Origin: Trichoplax adhaerens
Lineage: Eukaryota; Animalia; Placozoa
Direction: 5' to 3'
Length of the DNA: 64,000 nucleotides
NCBI RefSeq assembly: GCF_000150275.1
Contig: NW_002060947.1
Coordinates: 2,283,740 to 2,347,739, forward strand
Made by a program: the position numbers and the translations under genes. This document shows, piece after piece, positions 1-16,389 of this stretch (positions are counted from its first letter, which is position 1; the number at the start of each line of letters is the position of its first letter). A model generated the notes under the pieces. The model did no database searches, was not told the DNA's origin, and saw only the letters and a program-made list of their open reading frames with translations.

Positions 1-139
1 CAGTGCACACAAACCTCATCCACAGCGCGGCGACCAGATACACAGTGCACAAATTTCCTACACAGCGCGGCGCTACAGTACTCCACAAAACCACCTCCAC
101 GGTGCACCACTGTCTACAGCGCGGTCCTCGTTTTATTTA

Positions 140-1270
140 CAACAGTACAGTAGTAAGTAAATTAACTACCGTACAGTATTGCAAGATGCAGGAAGAGTAT
201 TCTCGGCCACCGTACAGTGTACTGTACAGTAGTATTTGTACAGTACTACTGGCCACTGTAGTATTTGTACAGTATTTGTGTACTGCATTACAGTACTGTA
301 CACTGTACAGTAGAAGAAGACCTACAGTACAGTACAGTACAGTACTGTACTGTATAGTACTGTAGTGTGTGCTAAGAACTCACGCCAATGAGCGTTGATC
401 ACTGTACTGTACTGACTGTGCACTCTACTGTACTGTACACTGTACACTGTACAGTAGATCACTATCATTTTGATAGAGTACAGCAGGTCATTTTCTGTGA
501 TCTCGGTGTCATCTAGATTTCTTACCGGCTGGGATTTCTATTCGCCCTTATCCTTTGTCGCATTAATAACCTTACCGTATAGTATCCGGACCAACTTGGA
601 AGAAGTATCCTAAAGAAAGAAGCTTATTTATTAATTAATGTCCCGTCGCGCTCATGATACTTCGCATACTGTAAATTCAATCAGTACTTACTACAATATT
701 AGACACAGTCATACTGTACTCAGTACAGTATGATTATGAACAGTGCCAATGTACACTTGTACAGTACAGTACAGTACAGTAGTAACAGTCCTAATTGTTC
801 TAATCGCGTATACCTGAGTTTTTTCCTTCTATCTCCTGTTCAGCGATCTATTGTAATCCTGCCATCTTTTACTAATAATTTAGTAAGCTTTGCCATATTT
901 CGATTTACATTTATTCCAACGTAATAATGCTCTACGTAGAAAGTTTTGAATGCCTTGAGGACGGCATTACTGACTGCAAACTCAAACACTGTCACGTTTA
1001 CACACCTATTTACAGTGCTCGCAAGACCATTGATTTTGACTCTAGTGCACGTACAGTACTGTACGTACTGTACTGTAAGACAAACGGGGCACGTACGCAT
1101 TACCGTCTGTAATGACAGGGCATGCACTCTGAACTGTACTACAGTACAGTACAGTATACTGTATGGTCACTACAGCCATGGACTACTGTACTGTACTGTA
1201 CTGTACGTCCCGAGATTTGCAGTACAGTATGTACTGTACAGTACAGTACTGTACTGTAATGTACTGTACG
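140..1270. repeat. TACTG/CAGTA palindromic low-complexity satellite blocks upstream of PHD
   Basis: Dense runs of tactgtacagtacagt at ~140-470, ~700-790 and ~1050-1270; they generate the spurious Y/C/T/V-rich ORFs. Confidence 0.85.
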
Positions 1271-1307
1271 GTACGGCCGATCCTTCACTTTTAATTACGG
1301 TCACGTA
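993..1307 (-). promoter_or_regulatory. Cluster of candidate hypoxia-response elements (RCGTG) upstream of PHD
   Basis: CACGTA (= TACGTG on minus) at 1048-1053, 1090-1095 and 1302-1307, plus CACGT at 993-997, all within ~440 bp of the PHD ATG. Confidence 0.55.
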
Positions 1308-1430
1308 CATTACGTTTTACTTCAGTTCACTGCATTTGGGGTTCGTGCGAGAGCCGAAACAAAAAGAAAAGAAAATGATTTCTTTTTAGGTTAAGAACGT
1401 TCGTCAGTTAGTCAACTTCTTAATTCCTAA

Positions 1431-4597
<3,167 letters not shown>

Positions 4598-7500
4598 TAA
4601 AAATCGCAATACGTAAGCATGGCCTGTACTAAATTTTTATAAAAGTCAAGAGATTTCGTTTTCGGCTCTGAATCTACTAAATCGATAGCGTGGACTATTG
4701 AAGTACTGCCAAAATTATTCTGAATCGTGATTCGAACAAGCACGTGTAACAAAACTGTGAAAGGAAAAAAGCGAATCAGAAATAATTTAAAGCTAATTGT
4801 TATAAAGCTTAAATGAGCACAACAGTAGCTTAAAAATTTTATACTGAATTGTACTATAATTTTCGACAAATTTAAAGTAATGCAGTTAAAAATGAAATAT
4901 TGTACCGTACATACTATCAAATCGTTTAGGTATGAAAGACGGCTTCGAGTACTTGGTATTCGCTTACTTTCAAACTGCTTATTATCGTACTTACATAATA
5001 TAATTATTATTTTAAGAATTTATGAAGTTGCTGAGATTTAAGAAATTCTTAGCAAGTCTTAACGAATTAGCTAAATCAAAACAGGTATTGTCTTATCTAC
5101 AGTCTTTAACATGGTTTAAAATTAGTATAGTATAGCTATGTATTGAATGTACCTGTCAATGATCAGCTATGTTGAATATGATTATACTTGTAAGCATGAT
5201 ACGTTGCGCTATGAAACTAATTCACTGTTGCCTGTATTTTATTGAAAATAGCATATAATAATAGCCATATAGCAATAATAATTGGAATATATACAGTATA
5301 ATGTAAATTCGTATACAGTACTACTACCAAGATGGTTGCTAATGGTAATGTTTATATAGATTTGCCTTCGAATGTATACTTAAAGGTAATATCCTAACAG
5401 ATTTAGACAGTTGTAGAGTTGAAAAGATTTCGAAACTGCAGTGTTAAAGTTTTAAAATTACTAATGGATCTACATTGTATCACCCTTCTGCATACTAAAC
5501 TTTCAGCGTTTATTATTTGATTGATTGCGTGTCTTATGGCTGCTAATAATTTCAATGTAGTGAAATTTCATATTATAACGCGCATACGTGATTAATACTT
5601 TATTTTAGAAGTGCTGCGAACTGAATTTAAAATAAGTTGATACGGCTTACTACTGTCTGCGATAGAGAATGTCCGCAACTGTATTTCATACCGTTTAACT
5701 AATACTTGCAATTGTTTCTAAAATTATGTGATTAGTCATATGCCCGTACTTAATTTGTTACAATTAAAAGCTGTTAATTTAACAGTAAGTTTAGTATTCA
5801 ATTGATTCTACCTATCAAGTAGTGCTATAAATTGCCATCTAGTATCAGTTTCGGCCCGGCCCGCCCGACACTGAATTAAACCAAACACCCACAGAAAGGT
5901 TTAGTGTCAAAACTTGTAACCGTCCTCAATAGTCGTTCAACGGAAATGAGTCATGCGTACTGTAAATTTGCTTTCCGAGCGTACTTGTAGCATGTTTCCA
6001 AGTACATTATGTAATTTTCATGAGTTATTAATAACAGTTTTATTAATTAATGGTCAACATACGAGTATGATGAATGTAATCTATCACATGTATTGTATAT
6101 ACTGTATATGGCACAAGTTTGATCCAAATATAGTTATAAACAAACTGCAGGTTTCTTTTCCATAGAAAGATATTAGTTATTCTCACAAAATATGAAGGTC
6201 TGATCTTTAATATTCATGATATAACGCAACCGTAAAGGTTCACTACAGATTTTAATGAAGTAAACAGTTATCAAGCATGAGATTTAAAATAGGTTTAGTT
6301 ATGAACTACGTTAAACTAGGTTTAAGATTGATATCGTTATACCTTGTGAGCATTGAAAAGGACTTTACACAGATTTTGACATAGTGTATAAAAAATCTGC
6401 ACCCTTTTAAATTGTTGCATTATTTTAGCTAATAACGGCTCACAGGAGTGGCCTAGTTTTGGTAATTTAACATTATAATTATTTGTTATTAAACATTGAG
6501 ATGAATATAATAATCGATACTAATAAGACGGCTACTCACGAACGGTATCAATGAAATAGAGAAAAATAGCCGTTTATCAGTATAATGAACAATGCAGGAG
6601 ACGAAAAACTATTCGTTGCCTTATGTTGCACAAAAGTATTTCTACTTTAATGACCTACAACTTCATAATTATTGGCATAACAATTACATACATAGAAGGC
6701 TTATTAATCTTCGTTATAATAAATCTACTGCATCCGAATTATTTAAATCCTAACCACAATATCTATGTAGACAAAAACGTATAAACTAAAATCTAAGAGC
6801 ATTACTTTCTAAAGATTATTATTAGTTTGTAATTTATGCCCACGCAGATCAATCTTCTAATACAAGCAAATATTGTTGGACTTTGAAACACAATTTTATA
6901 CTCAGTATTATTTTACGATCTCAACCCTTATTTTTAGGACGAATCTATATGAAACTCTATCAAGCACAAGGAAAAACATAGATTTTCGTTGTTAATAATT
7001 GAAAATCTTAGTGTTACTTAATATACTCAATGATAGCTTATAATAATATTACTATACTATCAGGGAAATAAAATGACTCAAAAATATCCTAAAGTACAGC
7101 TCAAATTGATAGTATCATCTTTAAAATTATCGATATAAACTTTTATATCGTGACACTTATTAGTATCTACAGTAAGAGCCAAAGTCAATAATGCAACAGC
7201 TGTGATTATTCAATATATATCCAGTTATGATCTTCTATCTGCCCTTTTCTTCGATGTAGCATGCATTTCTTGATATAGAACATGACAAATTGGTTTTTAA
7301 ATTACTTGATGAGTACAAAACTGATCGACGTGTTGCGAGGTGGGCGTTCATGTTGGTTATATGCAGTAATTGATAAGGTCATACAATTAGTGTTCTTATA
7401 TTTTTGGATCCGTTTTAAATCATAACGTACTTAACATATACAAAGAATTAAGCATTAGCAACTAACGAATATGAATTCGTTTCAATCATTATTTTTCCGC

Positions 7501-7912
7501 GGATTTTACTTTGCTGAGCTTTTAAAATTGAACATAGTGCAACAATTCTTAAGTAACAGTTTTCGAATAGCGACATTTGAAGTACATGAAATTCCGCTTT
7601 AAATATTTCCATATTTCAATAGAGGTGCGGTAATCTATCATATTTTATCCGCCATGTCGAAGAGAAGCTTAATCATAATTATCTCTAAGTTAAGATCAAA
7701 ACTAATGCAAAGAGCCCGACTTCCATGTCACATGCAAACTATTCGTATAATTAATAGTCGCAGATGTTGTCTTCATATTTGAATCTAATAATAAGACGTT
7801 ACATCAGTATGTCAAAATATAGGCACTGTGTGACTGATGTAGATGTTTACTTTAACTTACAATCTGTTTCCTTATCAGAATAGCTGAGAATACCTGCTTT
7901 CTCATGCGAAGT

Positions 7913-7939
7913 GTATATATATGCATGTATAGCTATAAA
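7913..7939 (+). promoter_or_regulatory. TATA-box candidates for the RWamide precursor gene
   Basis: tatatatat at ~7914 and tataaa at 7934-7939, upstream of a putative non-coding exon ending at a gtaagc donor (8061). Confidence 0.45.
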
Positions 7940-8211
7940 TTCAGCTAGCAGTAAAAGAGCTATAATCTCCCCATAGTGCCGCAAGAGTCGTAATATAAAT
8001 TACCAATCCGACATAGAGGTATAACGCTAGCAGATTATCTTTGATTATAAGTTTTAACAAGTAAGCAATGCATCTATTACATGAAATTTGGGTATATCAG
8101 GCTTTAAAAAAATGGGCTAACTAAACTGCTGATTATGGAGATCCACTGAACGTATAGTATGCATTTAATAACATTAATCATATTCCTACTGCTATTATTA
8201 TTACGCACAGG

Positions 8212-9381
8212 ATGCTAACGAACCGGTTTATCATTTGGATATTATTTCTTGGTATAACGACTGCGCAAAATGTTGCAAAAGGTATTATAACAAAACATTC
8301 TAGAGATATATGCTATTTAATTTATAGCAATAAAATTTTAAGGTACAAGTAGAAACTAGGATAGTATCTTTATCATAAAAATATTTTATGTATTAGGCCA
8401 TGGAAACTTATACAGAAATAACATTAAGGCGCACTATAGGCTAACTAGAATCGAATTAATCTGTACTCTGTTTTCAGATATTGGCTATAATCAGAAATAA
8501 ATAATTATTTTACTTCAGGTAAAGCCCAAATAGGCAATCATAAATCTGTTTTCCTCAAAAATGAAGCCACTAGACCAGAAAGAGATCAACCACCTAGATG
8601 GGGTAGAGATCAGCCAACTAGATGGGGAAGAGATCAACCGCCTAGATGGGGTAGAGATCAGCCACCAAGATGGGGAAGAGATCAACCATCAAGATGGGGA
8701 AGAGATCAACCGCCTAGATGGGGAAGAGATCAACCGCCTAGATGGGGTAGAGATCAACCGCCTAGATGGGGTAGAGATCAGCCACCAAGATGGGGTAGAG
8801 ATCAGCCACCAAGATGGGGTAGAGATCAGCCACCAAGATGGGGTAGAGATCAGCCACCAAGATGGGGTAGAGATCAGCCACCAAGATGGGGTAGAGATCA
8901 ACCACCTAGATGGGGTAGAGATCAGCCACCTAGATGGGGTAGAGATCAGCCACCAAGATGGGGTAGAGATCAGCCACCTAGATGGGGTGGAGATCAATTA
9001 CCTGAAATGGAAAAAAATCACGCTCCACCAAGGTGGGGTAGAGATCAGTATTCATGGTGGAATCAAGAGCAATATCCTAGCAGATGGGGGAGAGAATATT
9101 CTACCCCTGATAATACTGCAGAAAAATTGTTAGATTCTCTCACTCATCAGTCAGAAAATGCGAAAAAGAATAATTTTCAAGAAATCAATAGTGATTCAAA
9201 TAGTGGTAACGAATCAGCTGTCCATCGCCTATTCTCAAATAAGCTAAAGAATCAGAAAGCAAAATCCGACTCAAATAAATTAATGAATAGCTTTTCAGGC
9301 AGTGAGAGTATTTCCAGACCGCGTGAAAAGAGTTTAAAGCGATCAGAAACACTGGACAATATGCGTATAGATTTAATATAG
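8212..9381 (+). CDS. RWamide neuropeptide precursor (~310 aa): signal peptide, 17 tandem DQP[P/T/S]RWG[R/G] units and 2 further RWGR peptides
   Basis: Exon 8212-8281 encodes MLTNRFIIWILFLGITTAQNVAK (signal peptide); phase-1 intron; exon 8519-9381 reads KAQIG...ERDQPPRWGRDQPTRWGR... and continues in frame into the track ORF 9007-9381 (APPRWGR, QYPSRWGR). Gly amide donor followed by monobasic Arg. Confidence 0.93.
8584..8991 (+). repeat. Coding 24-bp tandem repeat x17 (DQPPRWGR)
   Basis: Unit gatcaRccNccWagatgggg(t/a)aga, 408 bp = 17 units; variation is mostly at third codon positions of the DQPPRWGR frame. Confidence 0.95.
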
Positions 9382-11161
9382 ATTAAAAACTATAACATTT
9401 ACGGCTTTAATGATATATGTTAGGTGACCATCTTGCGGAAAATAGATCGTTAAGACAGTAGATTTTACTAGAATAGTTAGTGATCTTAAATGACTCAAAT
9501 ATTTACGTACCATGCGTTAGTCATCTTTGGTCAATCGCTTGAAATTTAAATTGTAATATGAAGTAAAAACAAAAGAATTTGAATGTGACTGTATACTTAA
9601 TAAATATAGGATTAGCGAATTATGTATTTTTAGTCTTTCAGAAAGAACTAATAATTAGAGGATCAAAAGATCGTATCAACTCTGATCGTATAAACTCTTA
9701 TAAATATTTATCTATGAAGAGGTAATATAGCATTCATCAATTATTGCTTATGTTATACCGCATAAGTACAGAAGAAAAATATGAACTAATTCAATAGCTA
9801 ACGTAATATCGCCAATTCTTGATCGCTAAAGCCTAGCTTTTCTAGCAATCGACTACGAGCAACTATGATCTAGAACTGATTATACGATATATATCATTTA
9901 TGTTCGAATTTCCGACAGAAAAAGATTTGCGAAAGCGTAAATTAGACTAAAGCTAGCGTATCGGTAGAACCATTTACTTTTACCCTTGCTAAGTTAAGTA
10001 TCTATAGCCACCTATAACGTATTTCGTCGATATGGTAGGCTCAACTGACTAGATTGTAATGAGCGAAGTTATACATTAGATCCGAGACTACGTAGGATAA
10101 CGATCACACGCGATATACAGATGATTCAGAAAAAGGTTTAGGTTTATTGCAAGGACACGCTACAGGATCGAGATCGGTATTCCGAGATAGCTATGTAACA
10201 TCTGCATGTATTATATCAGAAGCAATACTATTTAACAGTCTTATTCTGTACTTCGGCTACCGTACTACGGTACGTATACTCTGCAACTACAGCGCTTCGT
10301 ATTATAATAATCATAGTCCTTATCTACATTACATAGTTGGTGTTACTACACATATCACATAGATGATAATATCCATCGTAAATTCAGGAGATGTGAAAGC
10401 GTTCGTCATCAATAATTTGTTTCTAAGTTAAACAAAATACCTTTAACTGGTAGATATCATGTAATATATTTGTACGCTTATAGTGCTGTACATCGCTATC
10501 AATAGTAATATTTCTATATAATATGGGCAGTATTTTAGTTATTACGGTTTATAATGACATAAACAATCCTTGATTGATAAGTCTACGATCACTTGAAACA
10601 AAGCGAAGATAACAAAGGACAACAATTTATTGCAATTTTTATCCTAATGCTGAATTAATATCAAAATCAAAGCTGAATGGGCCTGCAAGGTTGATATGAG
10701 TAATTGTACTGAAATAGAATCCCAATACCCAAAAAAGTAGCGTTTACCTAAACAGATCTCACTCTAATAGAAACGAGGTAGTAACGCTTGAATTAATTTG
10801 GTAAGGGTCAAATTGTATCGTAAATAGCTCAAATTTACATCTTTCATAAATACCAGTACGAAAAATTCAGAGTCGTATAAAATATCTCGCGCCAAACTGC
10901 ATCATCAACATTTCAATTTTGTATCTAGACTACAAAATATGGTCATGTAACACTGTCACAAAACAGCTTTGCAACAAGATAACGTAATCTACGATCAATA
11001 AGTCAATTCCTTGAACTACGTATCAAGGAACGATATCTGCACTATCACGAGCACTTTTGCTCTACTAGCAGACTACACAAAGACTTAAACGCCTCGTATT
11101 TTACGTTAAACACTAAGTTGGACAATTCTTCTTTATTTCACGATATACTGCATTTATATAC

Positions 11162-11219
11162 TACTAGTGCAAACTCCCGTCGCTTTACTGACGGTTTACG
11201 ATAATGTGCTCATTTAACA
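11162..11219 (-). mobile_element. Helitron-like 3' terminus (hairpin + CTAG|T), copy 1
   Basis: 58 bp identical to the reverse complement of 53391-53448; ccgtc-agtaaagc-gacgg hairpin 9 nt before CTAG, which is followed by T. Confidence 0.6.
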
Positions 11220-14200
11220 ATGCAGACAACAGTATTTACGAACATAGACATGTAATGACTAATACAGAATAGTCAGATTACGATATGTCCTATCACGGAA
11301 CATTTCCATGATAATTTACAGTCTACCATAAGTAAATTACAATCACAATGATTCGAACTGTAAGCAGATGATTTGCATTCCCTATTATAACTATTAATTT
11401 CAGTATGTGTATAAGTATCACTGTCATAAAAAGTCAGTGCTATATTAAAACACAGTATATCCAAATTAGAAGTTAACTAAATAAGGATAGTCTAACAGAA
11501 TTATCCTAACATAGTTATTTCTACTGTAATACAGTATTTAACACTGTAACAAACACGTACAAGATATGTATGATTAAGTCCTAGCTACACAGCTGACTAG
11601 ACAATAAATGATTTTCATCATTTATCAATATCGCAAAAATTAAAATTGCGATTACCGTACCCTGTCTATAGTTATACTCCTGTTTACAGTATATAAAGGT
11701 TAGAGAGATTATTTTTCGTCATAAAACTAAACCTTAGTTGGAAGAACGGTGATTTCACCTCTTAATTTTATAATAAATCATCGTGAAATGCGGATATTGT
11801 TCTAAACTCTTTTAGTGTTATGTTATTTAAAGATTTAATGATCAATCATCGGCCAAAAATATTCGTAGTTGCACGAATATTACCAAATGTTGTTGTACTC
11901 ATACATCGTAAGACTACTGCATAAATATGCCATCAATCATTTAAACATGCTGAAAACTCAATTAATCTTTATAGGCTTCTGTATGTACCTAGTGCTCATT
12001 ACTTAGTCATCAATAGGTTTATGATAAGTTCTACGCTTGAAACCGTAATGATTGAAGTAAAAGCCAAATAGATCTAACAAAGATTACGTAACTAAAGAAT
12101 TAAATTCCTTTAGTACCATTTTTAATTACAATACAGGTAAGTCTTGATGCAAAATTAGACTTTTAATCGCTTTTTATTAAGTAATTCACCTCTTATTTGC
12201 TTTGATTTGAGCAAAAATACATAGAGAATTTTTTGTTCGGCTATAAATTTAATAAGAAAATTCATAACTTTTACATGGCATTTAATAAAAGCTGGAATGA
12301 AATCCATTTAATATGTCAAATATTTTCAATTGCAGAAGCCTTTAGCAGCTACCGAATTAGTGTCCAGTATAGCTTATTGGCATCTCGCTTTACATCCAAG
12401 TATGAAATTTTGCATTAATTTGATGTAATAAGGGAAAAGAGATCTAAAATTAAACGACGGCAGAAATGAAGTCTATTCTTCTGGTTTGATCCAATATATT
12501 TTTATATGATTCTCAGCTATGTGAAAACAATAACCGTATTCTGCAGTCTATCCGATACTGTTATTACGGTAAGTAAATGACACATTACCATCGCAGAACA
12601 TAACATCAGATGCGTTGGCATAGGTATTTTAAACTTTCCGAGCTCAGTAGATCTTTATGATTAACTGATAAAAATGGAATTCTATTAATTAATTTTCTAC
12701 CATTTACAAATATTCGCTATTAAAACGGTAAGCAGATGGCTTAAGCGATGTATAGAGATAGATAAATGCTAGGAAATAGTAGCACCTATCAAAGTGATTA
12801 TTATCATGAACTATAAATATCTACAATTGTCGACAATTTATAGGAAATTCTTAATTATTAGTATTTATTACACAGAATCCTTTCGTATTTAATTATATCT
12901 TCTAACATTATTTTGAAAAGTTCTCGTTAAATGAACAAATTCTTTAATGTTATTTATTTTCGTCTAGACGCTGATAATTATCTTTGGAAAATGGAATTAA
13001 TATGATTAAATATGGTAATGAAGACGGTGCGTTCATAGTGAATGTGACTTAAGAAATATTTCAAATTATTCGGATTAAAAGAAATTTGTTTTAGTATGTA
13101 TACATGGTCTTCGTTCCTTTACGCCATAAGTTTTAGATAGCAAAACATAAACAATTTTTTCTATTAACATTAAAAATCAAACATTATCAAAACTGAATAT
13201 AGGAGCGGTAAATATCCTGCAATCATACTCCTTAGAAACATTTATTAAGGAATTTACCTTTGCCGATAAACCAAAATTTCGAGCATTAGCTAACTATGAT
13301 GATAAATAAAATTAGCAATGGCCATTATAACAGAAAATAGCCAAAACTGAATTAATTCCGTGTTGACGATATTATAAGAATGTTCGCTTGGTATTGAAAT
13401 CACTTATTACCCACTTTTGTTGAAGTTAATCAAAATACATACAAGTAATATTACCTTTCTACAACTAAAATGAAAAAACATTTGCAAAGGTTATTTCTTC
13501 ATGTATGTGCAAAATCAATTTGCCCAATATTAATATTAAAAATAACTTAATACTCGCATATCGAAGAGGATGAAGTTTATGACGCCATGGCATGAATTTT
13601 CACTTTGCTTTAATTTAAGAAAGGAGTACTGGCGCCACTAAAATTTTGATAATTATGGATGTATTCACACAGTTAGAGAAAAATTTTCTCTTCGAGAAAA
13701 TTTCTTGATCCCTCTCTCTATAGAATTAGCTGTCCAATTCATTTATTCTCATACTCGTATATTCGCATATTAAAGGCGGTTAACATACAGGAATTTGTGT
13801 TATAAGCTTTATTATACTTAAATTAAAGATACAAGTATGTGGAGGTAAATCATAATGTTGATCAAAAGAGATTATTTTAATTGACTTATCGATAATTAAC
13901 TTACACAGTATTGTTAATAAGCTCTGTAAGATAGATGCATGATAAGCTGTCTGTTATGTAATTATAATATAAATTGAGTTCTATTCAAGTACTTTGTCTA
14001 GTAAGTAAATAAAAATAAAACTTAAACGTACGCGCTGATTAATTTATTCCTAATCCATCATCTATTCTTAAAATATATAATTCGCAGTGATCTTGATATA
14101 CTTATTAGAAAATGGCAATTTATCTATTAATGCTTTCAGACGGAATAGAATGAAAACATTACTCCGTTTCTTGGACTGCTTTTAATAAAATAAAAGACCT

Positions 14201-16022
14201 GGGTCAGCATTATAGATTTTTGAAGTCTTATATTTTGTTGATCTGTTTATATTCTGAGGAGAGGAAATTACTCCAGTAATGCTCGTTATGACATATTACA
14301 CTTTATAAATCATGTTTCGCTTACAGATATTGGGAATAGGGTTACTTTTACTACAACTTTAAATAACTTCTTAGCTAATTGCTTTACTAGGTTAAAATGG
14401 ACACTTTATAATCTACTAATAGTGATAGTCGATCGAAACTACGAAATATTCGTAAATTACCTGAAACATTCCTGAATACTTGTAAAATAATGGATTGAAT
14501 ACTTTCTATTAATACCCAAGTTTAGTAAATTAATAATATTGCCATGTGTACATAATTAACTAAATATTATTTCTTTTGTGACAAAAGGCCCATTAGATAT
14601 TGAAGGTATTTATAAGTTGCTCTATGGCATTAAAGCGAATTAGACGTGCTAAATTAGCAATTAATGGATGGACTTTTTGTAGAAATTAAGATTTGCATTA
14701 CGATATTTTATTACCCTAAAGACATTTCAAAACGCTGTTAATAACTAAGATAAATAGGAAAAGGGTTATTTAGCTGTGATTGAAATTAAGGAATATTTTT
14801 ATTGAAATGGTGATTAAAGATCTGCATTTTACGCTATAACAAGTAACACTCGAAAGTAATAGAATTTGAGGGTTCAATAAAGTAAAATTTGAAGTCGGAA
14901 AGAAATTACATGATTGATTATAGTGCATATTGCTCTGTAGATTTATCAAGCCGTAGCTATTGATAGAGCATAAGTAAACAAAATCTGAAGCAACGCTGTA
15001 CAACATAATAAAATAGATAAGATTCTGTAGAGGGTAAGGCCATTGCCACACAATATAGCTGCCACTAAAAATAAGCAAATAATATCAAAGTAATGTAATA
15101 TGCTGCTAAAAATAAGACGCTATTAAAAAACCTTTACTATAATCATTACTATTGATCTAATAGATTCTATCACGAAAGAGTTAAATCTAAAAGAATTGAA
15201 TGACACATTATAATATTTTCAGTATCAACAGTCGACATATTGTAACTTTCTTAGTAATTTCAATAAAGTAAAAAATTATGAATAATTGTAATTGACACTG
15301 CATTGTTTTCTAAAATTTATTATCTATGGCCATTAAGTCTAAATTTATAAACAGATAGTTTTGATATAATGCTTATTTCTAACGATTGAAGTAGAAGAAT
15401 TATAAATTTTTTATTCTTATATCGTAAGATTTATCTCCGTAATCCTTGCAGTAGATTGTTAAGTAATATAAATGTACTATAAAGTATCAGTTCTTAAGGA
15501 GAATATCAGAGATAGAATAATATCTAATATTGCTAATACATAGGTAAGGTTGTACCAGATCCATACAAAAAGTAAGGAAATGCCTTTAACTGCAAAACTC
15601 GCATTTAGGTTAATCACAGAGGATTTCTCAACCCATACAGTTTTCGGATATGTATAGCGTTTGTATATATTACCGTATAAGCGTATGTTCTAGAGGTAAA
15701 ATTAATCTTTTTGTTATTTTACTGTTAATACTAAATAATTATAGTTTGTCATGTTCTCATCATATTAATATTTATAGCTACATAATTATTAAGATTCAAA
15801 TTGCGATCATATCCGAAACATCTGCTCAATTATAATTGCAGGTAATTTACTACGAGAATTACGAAATCGAATATATAAAATATACTAAAATTATTACAAA
15901 TGTTGATTGCAAGAGTATTGAGAACAATAAATCAATGTATAAATTTAGATGCACTCAATGGACTCATTAGGTGTCGAATTCTGATCAACTTAATTCTATC
16001 TGCGGTAATTGCTGTGAGAAAG

Positions 16023-16031
16023 TATATATAA
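16023..16031 (+). promoter_or_regulatory. TATA-box candidate for the WPPF precursor gene
   Basis: tatatataa ~100 bp before a putative non-coding exon donor (aag|gtcagt at 16126/16127). Confidence 0.5.
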
Positions 16032-16389
16032 GTGTGATTATTCGCCTGAAATGATCGAGTTTCACAATATGTTAACAGACATTCTGCGCCAGTGATCGAT
16101 TCATTCAAGATACAATATCAGCCAAGGTCAGTATACAATTATTCGATACTAACATAATATAGTAATCAAATCGATAGAAGAAACCACTATTACTTCTATT
16201 GGGATCTATTGTATATGTATGCATAAGTGCGTAAATATAAGTACAGCATTAGTGTTCTTAGATTTAAATTTACGGGTACAATTTTGTACTGCGCTGAGCT
16301 CTTTCAAAGTTGAGCTTCTTTAACTTATCCCGAAGATCATATTTAAATTAATCAGAAATTTCTCTTTCTGAATGAATTCTAGGATAAGA

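Noticed and set aside
520-900. Possible minus-strand 5' exons of a gene divergent from PHD (donor-like sites near 525, 575 and 812)
   Set aside because: Could not assemble a coherent reading frame or recognise a product.
3-1389. Y/C/T/V/Q-rich ORFs here and at 21138-21537, 39803-40620 and 52947-53224
   Set aside because: Translations of the stop-poor TACTGTACAG satellite; no protein-like features.
8561-9133. Track ORF with EISHQDGV repeats, and antisense ORF 8689-8997
   Set aside because: Shadow frames of the stop-free 24-bp repeat. The real frame is DQPPRWGR, which joins the signal-peptide exon and shows third-position variation.
11690-13010. TATA-like motif, MKSILLV start and donor-like sites suggesting a fourth small secreted gene
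   Set aside because: Immediate stop codon and no consistent exon chain or peptide motif; compatible with chance in AT-rich DNA.
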